Positions 57,849-64,000 of a stretch of 64,000 bases of DNA are shown here, piece by piece (within the stretch, counting starts at the first letter, position 1; each line of letters opens with the position of its first letter). The position numbers and the translations under genes were made by a program. The stretch is taken from assembly GCF_000372725.1 (NCBI RefSeq), contig NW_005201202.1, positions 248,001-312,000 on the forward strand, written 5' to 3'. This stretch comes from Emiliania huxleyi CCMP1516 (taxonomy: Eukaryota). The notes beneath the pieces are model-generated. The model saw only the letters and a program-made list of their open reading frames with translations, was not told the origin of the DNA and ran no database searches.

Positions 57849-58929
57849 ATGCGCGGCTTCGCTTGCCTGCTCCTGGTGATCGAGAGCGGCGCGCTATCGC
57901 TCAGTACGAATTCGGCGCCGTCACGGGTGTGTCCGGCGGCGCGTGCTGCGCTCTCGCCTCTTCCTCCAGCCGTGCTCTTACCACGGCTCCGCCCGGCGCG
58001 CGTGCTGGCGCCGCCGATGGCGTGCATGAAGCGTGCCGACCTGCCGTCGGAGGAGGAGATTTCGGCGGTGCAGTGGCTTGGCGGCGCGGGAGGCGGCCTC
58101 GTCTGGAGCAAGCTCTTTGGAGGCTCCCTGCTCTTTGGTGTGCTGGTGCGCCTCCGCCCTCGCTGCCACTCCCTCACCGCCTCTCCCTCACCGCCTCTCC
58201 CTGACCGCCCGCCCGTCTGCCTTCGCGCCCACGGCAGGCGGGTGTGCTGGCGGCGCGGGCGGTGGCGCACTCGCACTCAAAGGCGGGCACGTACCTGCGT
58301 GAGGCGGGATGGCTGGCGTACGAGCGGTACCGCGTCGCCAGGCGGCTCGCCGTCGACGCGTGGGGCTGGGCGGGCAGCGAGGCGCGCCAGGTGGGCGTGC
58401 CGCCGCCGCGCGAGCTGCAGCGCATGGCTGTTGAGCTGCTGCGCCGTGCGGTCACCGAGCTGCGGGCACTCTACAAACGGCCACACGCAGACCTCCCCAC
58501 AACACACGCGCCCACCACAGGTCTGGGAGGCGTCCCCGTAGGCACTGGACGCGCGGTCGCGCGCGAGCGAACGCTTGCTCGAGCGCCTCGCCCCGGTGCG
58601 GCAGCGGCTCGCCGCCGTGTCGGCGCGCGGGCTCGAGCTGTGGCGCGCCTCGCCTCTGCCGGCCGCGTGGTGAGAACAGAATTTAGATGCGCACGCACAC
58701 GGCAGGGAGGCGGTCGTCTCGTGCGGGGGCAGCCGAGATGCAGCCACCGAGGTGTGTGGCCGCGAGGCGTGGCCGAGATGTGGCCGCTTGCGCTGCCATT
58801 CGCTCCACCCTCTGCGCTTCGCCCCGCAGGCAGCAGAGCGGCGTGCCCGATTCGGTGCGCCGCTTCAGGCAGCGCGTGCACGAGCGGCGGGAGGAGGAGG
58901 TCCGCCGCCAGAGCAGCGGCGGCTTCTGA
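57849..58929 (+). CDS. hypothetical multi-exon protein with signal peptide
   Basis: MRGFACLLLVIESGALS start and several coding-like exons ending ..EEVRRQSSGGF*. No domain recognised. Confidence 0.4.
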
Positions 58930-60103
58930 CCTGCGAGCGAGCTGGACATCCGCTCCTCTTCTCGCCCCTCTACCGCATTTGGCCGTGGGCCGCGCGGGGC
59001 TCTGAGCAAAGGGCTCACGCGGCCCTTCGTCGCGGTATGCCTCGTGGGAGAGCGCAGTGGGCTGCTTGCCGTTTTTCGAGGAGCGGGCGCAACCCCGTTT
59101 CGGGGCGCAGTAGAGAGGCTTCTTGCTCTTGCTGTCTCCATAGAGCCATTCCTTCTCTTTCGCCTTTGCTGCCTGTCGGTGAGTCTGCGTGGCGACCTCT
59201 TAGCGAGTGCATGTGCATGGGTAGGCTCCGAGCTGCGACAGCCGGATTGTACTCTTTCTCGTTCATAGAGCTCTGGATCAATCAACACGGTGACACAACA
59301 GACTACGCTTGCGTATAATGCGGCGATAAAACGCGCGCGGACGCCCGCCGGAGACCGCTGTGTGTGTGTGTGCGTATACGGTATAGAGCGCTCTCTTGCG
59401 GCATTGGTGTGCTTTCCGACCCAGACACGCTTCATGTCCGCGTTTGAATCAACACTCCACCTGTGCTCTGAAAGTGCTCTGATAGTGTGCCATGGGCAGT
59501 GCATTGGACAAGCATACGAGGGGGGGGGGGGGGGGCGGAATGGACTCTGAGTCTCTCACTCCTGGACAATATTTGACAAGCAATCGGTATCAGCCAACTG
59601 CAATGCTGGAGGTTGGCGCGGCGTTGCACTCGCACGCTCAGCGGTGCTCTTTGCGTGTGGTGCCGAAGCTCACCCAGCTGCAGCGACGGCGGTCGTCAGG
59701 CGAAGTGGTCGGCGAAGGAAAGGGAGTTTTTGCCGCTTGCGAGTTGAGGAAGGCATCGGCTAGCTTGTCGGCGGAGCATTTCCGCCGGACCGACACCTGG
59801 TACCCATCCTGGTCGTTAAAAAGGCGATCGGGCAGCCCGTCGAGCAAAGATGGCATCGCAGCTGGCTCGAGAGGCGGCTCGCGGGCTGGGTGCTTGTGCT
59901 CGTTATTTGGCAGTCGCTTCGCTGGGCCGCGTCGAATTCTTTTTCATTTACACTTGCGCATGCATGCATCGGTACCAAACCACACCCGGCACACGCGCGA
60001 GGCGGTGGGAAGAACCCCTCGCGCGCTCGCTCGTGTTGATATATCTCTCTACAACGCGCCGTTGAACTCGCAGGGAAGAGCAGGTGGGCGCCATGGAAGG
60101 TGG

Positions 60104-60880
60104 TCAGAGCCTCCAGGTGCGGCGGAGAGTGAGCGCCGGAACCTCGCCGGCCTCCGCGCCGGAGCCCGACAGGCCCGCCCACGGCGCCCGCCGCGCCAGA
60201 GGGAGCGTGGCCACCGCCTGCCAGTCCGCCCCCTTGTCGACGCGAGCGTCCGAGTAGGTGAGGCGGAGCAGCCGCTTCGCGCCGACGAGCCTCGCCTGCA
60301 GGCCGCGGCCCTCCATCACGTGGCGCATCCCGACCTCGCACGTCACGCCCGCTGGCGTGCGGTCGACCTGCAGCGAGATGGGGCAGCGCCGGAAGAGGTT
60401 GCCGCGGCCGACCTTGAGGCGGAGCGTGTTCTTCTGCGGCAGCCACATCGGCTGGCAGTTCACCGGCCCAAGGCAGACGAAGCTCGACAGTTCCTTCAGG
60501 CTAACGGCGTCCCTTTTGAAGCCCTCGGCGAGCGGCGCGGCGTGGACGCCCTCGCCCATCAGCAGCGCGCGGCCAAGCGGCAGGGAGAGGCGGAGGCGCG
60601 AGATGCGAGTGCTGCGGTCGTGCGAGAGCGGGTGCTCGGCCGTCAGGTCGTAGCTGACGCCGGCGGCAACGCCCGACGCCGAGACGGCCGACACCCAGTT
60701 GGGAGCCTCGACGCCCTTTTCGAGCGGCAATTCGTAGTCGACTCTGAGGTTAACGTAGTCGGAGGCCCGCTCCCAGGTCGCGCGGCCGCCAAAGGCTCCG
60801 GGGTTGTCGCCAAGAAGGTTGGAGGTCGTCAGCTCGAACCGCTTTGCCGCGAAGCCGGGGCTCAGCTGGTGGTCCTTCAT
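60104..60880 (-). CDS. hypothetical protein, candidate membrane beta-barrel
   Basis: 258-aa ORF with many alternating hydrophobic/polar segments and C-terminal LTLRRTWRL. Confidence 0.55.
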   Translation of the reverse strand: MKDHQLSPGFAAKRFELTTSNLLGDNPGAFGGRATWERASDYVNLRVDYELPLEKGVEAPNWVSAVSASGVAAGVSYDLTAEHPLSHDRSTRISRLRLSLPLGRALLMGEGVHAAPLAEGFKRDAVSLKELSSFVCLGPVNCQPMWLPQKNTLRLKVGRGNLFRRCPISLQVDRTPAGVTCEVGMRHVMEGRGLQARLVGAKRLLRLTYSDARVDKGADWQAVATLPLARRAPWAGLSGSGAEAGEVPALTLRRTWRL

Positions 60881-61150
60881 TCGGTCGGTTGACGAGCGCT
60901 GCTTGGTTCTGCTGTGCAGCTGTGAGCGCTGTCAGAGCGGTGTTTCGAGCCTTTGACGTCGCCCAATCACTCCCCACGTGAGAGCTTTTCCCCCTCCTTT
61001 TTTTTTGCCGCTCTCACGTCGCAGATCACTCCCATCCACGCGAGGAACCCACACAGCGCCTCCTCCATATCAGAACGCCCCTCATCAAGCTCAAAAGAAT
61101 TCTGCAGCCAGGCCGGCACGACGTCGCCGCTCGCCTCTCCGCCTCTCTCC

Positions 61151-61885
61151 ATGTCCGCCTCATCCTCCAGCATGCCCTCGTCGTCCTTGAGGGACCCGCG
61201 GGCCGACGCGGCTGCGATGTCCGACGACGAGGACGAGGTCGCAGCGCAGGGCGGCAAGCGGCAGCGCGGGCGCGACGGCGCCGCTGTCGAGGCGCCGCCG
61301 CAGTTTGAGCCGCTGAGCGCGCAGGAGGCTGCGGGCGGCAAGTCGGAGTTTCGGCGCGTCTCGGTGCCGCCGCACCGGTACACGCCGCTGAAGAAGGACT
61401 GGATGCAGCTCTACACGCCCATCGTCGAGCAGCTCAAGCTCGACGTGCGCATGAACCCGCGCAAGCGCTGCGTCGAGCTCAAGACGTCGCAGCACACGGC
61501 CGACATCGACGTGCTGCAGAAGGCGGCCGACTTTCTGCGCGCGTACATGCTCGGCTTCGCGGCGGCGGACGCGGTCGCCATCCTGCGCGTCGAGGACCTG
61601 TACGTCGAGTCGTTTTCGGTGACCGACGTCAAGATGCTCAAGGGTGACCATCTGGCGCGAGCGATCGGGCGGGTGGCGGGCAAGGACGGCAAGGCCAAGT
61701 TCGCCATCGAGAACGCGACGCGCACGCGCATCGTCCTCGCGGAGAACAAGGTGCACATCCTCGGCTCCTTTGCGCGCATCAAGGTGGCGCGCGACGCCGT
61801 CTGCAACCTCATCCTCGGCTCACCAATCTCAAAAGTGCAGACGAACCTGCGAACCGTCTCGAGCCGGCTATCGCAGCGCATGTAG
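61151..61885 (+). CDS. PNO1: RNA-binding KH-domain ribosome biogenesis factor PNO1/DIM2
   Basis: RRVSVPPHRYTPLKKDW..YTPIVE.L, DVKMLKGDHLARAIGR.AGKDGK.KF.IENATRTRIVL and LILGSP..KV. Alternative start at 61217. Confidence 0.95.
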   Translation: MSASSSSMPSSSLRDPRADAAAMSDDEDEVAAQGGKRQRGRDGAAVEAPPQFEPLSAQEAAGGKSEFRRVSVPPHRYTPLKKDWMQLYTPIVEQLKLDVRMNPRKRCVELKTSQHTADIDVLQKAADFLRAYMLGFAAADAVAILRVEDLYVESFSVTDVKMLKGDHLARAIGRVAGKDGKAKFAIENATRTRIVLAENKVHILGSFARIKVARDAVCNLILGSPISKVQTNLRTVSSRLSQRM

Positions 61886-64000
61886 CTACCGCGGGGCCGA
61901 ATGGGCGAGGTACCAAGTGATGTATATGGTGGTGAGCAGCGAGGCCACACTTCCGCCTTGTGGTTGTACGCTCGAGGGGGCGAGACGAGTCTGGGTGTCA
62001 GAGAGCGCGCGCGTATGCATGTAGATGTGTAGGCCTCTGGCCACTACACGGCCGGAGCCGCGTCCTCGGTCTGTGGTCATGATCGAAAAAGAGGTGCGCG
62101 TGGCGCGTGGCGGGGGCGTGCCCGCGCGGCCGCGGTGCGCGCGAGACCGAGAGGGTGTCCGCGGGACCGCGCGGGCGCGCGCCGCGCGAGAGAGCGAAAA
62201 AGAGAGAGAGCAGAGACGAGTCAGAGCGGAGCGGAGTGAGAGACCCCGACCGCGCGAGACCGCGCCGCGTGACCACAAAAAGTCCACGTGACTCGTGACG
62301 ATGTGCACCGTTTCATCGACCGCACGAGGATCACGACCACATGGGTGCGCACAGCCACAGGGCTCGTAACCCCTTCTCGTTCTCGGGCGAGAGGGGCCCG
62401 GGGCCACACGCACAGCACACGCACCGCCAACGCAAGTGGACAGCGCGAGAGCGCGACAAGGATGTGTGTATGTGACTGGTGTGTGATGTAATAAATAAAT
62501 AAAACGGACACCTCTACTAGGGGAGATGGGTAAAAAGGAACAGGTCCCCGCCCGTGCGATCTTTGTGCAGGCTTCTTTGTTGATGTATGTAAGAGCCGGA
62601 TGCTTAGGCCGGATGAAGAATACCGCAGATCGGACCGGCGCCGATCGAGAGTTAACAGCGGCAAAACAGCGGCAACAAAACTAAATCACAGAGTGTGGGG
62701 GGGCCAGCTAGGTAGGGGGCCAGAGGGGGGGCCCGCCGGCTGAGAATTCTTTTCGCTTGTGTTACGTGCCAGTCCACGCCCCCCCCCTTGCCGTGTCAGT
62801 GTGCACACAGAGAGGCTTAAATTCTAAGAATTCTTTTCCTGCCAGTGCTGTGAGAGAGGCTTGTACTTGGAGCACTTGGGGAGTGCAGTCATTAACCTCA
62901 CACCCAGGGCCGGGGTGCGGGGAGCTAAGAAGCGCACCCAGGAGCGCTCCAGCGCGGGCCTGGGCCCCCTGGCTTTAAAGGGTGGGCCCTGGGGCGCCTG
63001 CGGCTTAAACGGCTTAAAACCTGCCCGGGCAGGTTTTAAGAGCTGCTGGGCCGCCGCGATTCCTTAAACGGTCTTCGCCCTTTTACGTACACATTTCGAG
63101 CGAGTGAAAACCAACTCCTGAGCACGGCGCCGCAGGCGCCTGTTGATAGGTCCAGGTGATAGCCCTGGATGGGCAATGCATTCGCCTACTTGGGCCTCAG
63201 ATCGCCCGACCGCGTCCCGGTGCTCTGTGGTCGGATTTGTGACGCCGCCGCACCGCGCCGCGGCCGGGGGCCCGCCGGAGGACGAGGATGGCCGTGACGG
63301 ACCGGGACGAGCTCTGGGAGGTTCAGTGTCAGTGAGTATATTGAAGAGACTGACCATGTGCACAATATCTTGACTGAGAGCTAAGCCAGGGGAGGCGATG
63401 CCGGGGCCGTACAGCAGCTTAATGGTGCTTCGCCGGCGTAGAAGCGGCCGCGGAGGGCTCCGGGTGCCTGAAAAAGACGAGTTACGTGGGCTGTGGGAGA
63501 GTTACTGTCGACTCAAACGACACTGTGGCGTGATCCTCTCATATATGGCTAAATAATTGACCGAGCCGTTTTAAAGTTCCACCGCTACGACTGGAGATAT
63601 ATCGAGATTTGGTCACCATGTCCATGACCCTTATGACGCGAAAGGGTTAAACGCTTAAAAGGTGCGGGAGAGCTCCCGAGGTCGATGGTCCGGGAGGCTC
63701 CCCCGGTAGACGCCGGAGGCCGGGAAGCTGGCTACAGTCAGCTAGCACGCGTCCCCTGCGAGTATGGCTCCTGCCAGTGCACCAGACTTACAGATGTGTC
63801 TTCAGAGGCGGGTTTGTGCCTAATTTTTGCAGTAACCAGTATTGGAGAAACGGCGACAAATGCCGGTGAGGCCGATTTTCTTAAACGGTCTTAAAAGAGG
63901 GACCCCCCGCGCCTGCAATCTCTTAAATGGCAATTTAAGCCCCCAAACCTCCTCATTTCTTAAAAGCTCTTTAAAAAATCCGGCCCTCAGAACCCTAGGG

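Noticed and set aside
62900..64000. TTAA-rich repeats and terminal AACCCTAGGG as a telomere or transposon end
   Set aside because: Only one CCCTA unit, and no matching TIR or TSD could be established within the window.

Overview
GC-rich eukaryotic nuclear DNA with many short spliceosomal introns, mostly GC-AG and often filled with 6-14 bp micro/minisatellites, plus one N-gap. The style points to a haptophyte such as Emiliania (Gephyrocapsa) huxleyi; this is inferred, not checked. Recognisable genes: a 2OG-Fe(II) dioxygenase, a SMYD-like SET protein, thylakoid cyclophilin CYP38, FANCD2, a SAMTOR/BMT2-like methyltransferase, a WBP2/UPF0664 protein, a CPA-family cation/H+ exchanger, a truncated saccharopine-dehydrogenase-like gene, an aldehyde dehydrogenase, a DH-PH RhoGEF and PNO1/DIM2. 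The most unusual locus is an intronless 892-aa ORF (12248-14926, minus strand) built as [cNMP-binding + methylglyoxal synthase] x2. Its first module looks catalytically intact, its second is degenerate, and the gene sits head-to-head with FANCD2. Other notable features: introns whose 5' ends duplicate the next exon start, three non-autonomous elements with perfect 8-bp TSDs (one with its empty site nearby), a ~42-bp motif upstream of three genes in sense orientation, a candidate BPI/LBP-fold protein and a candidate beta-barrel protein. All family assignments come from motif recognition by eye; no database searches were run.
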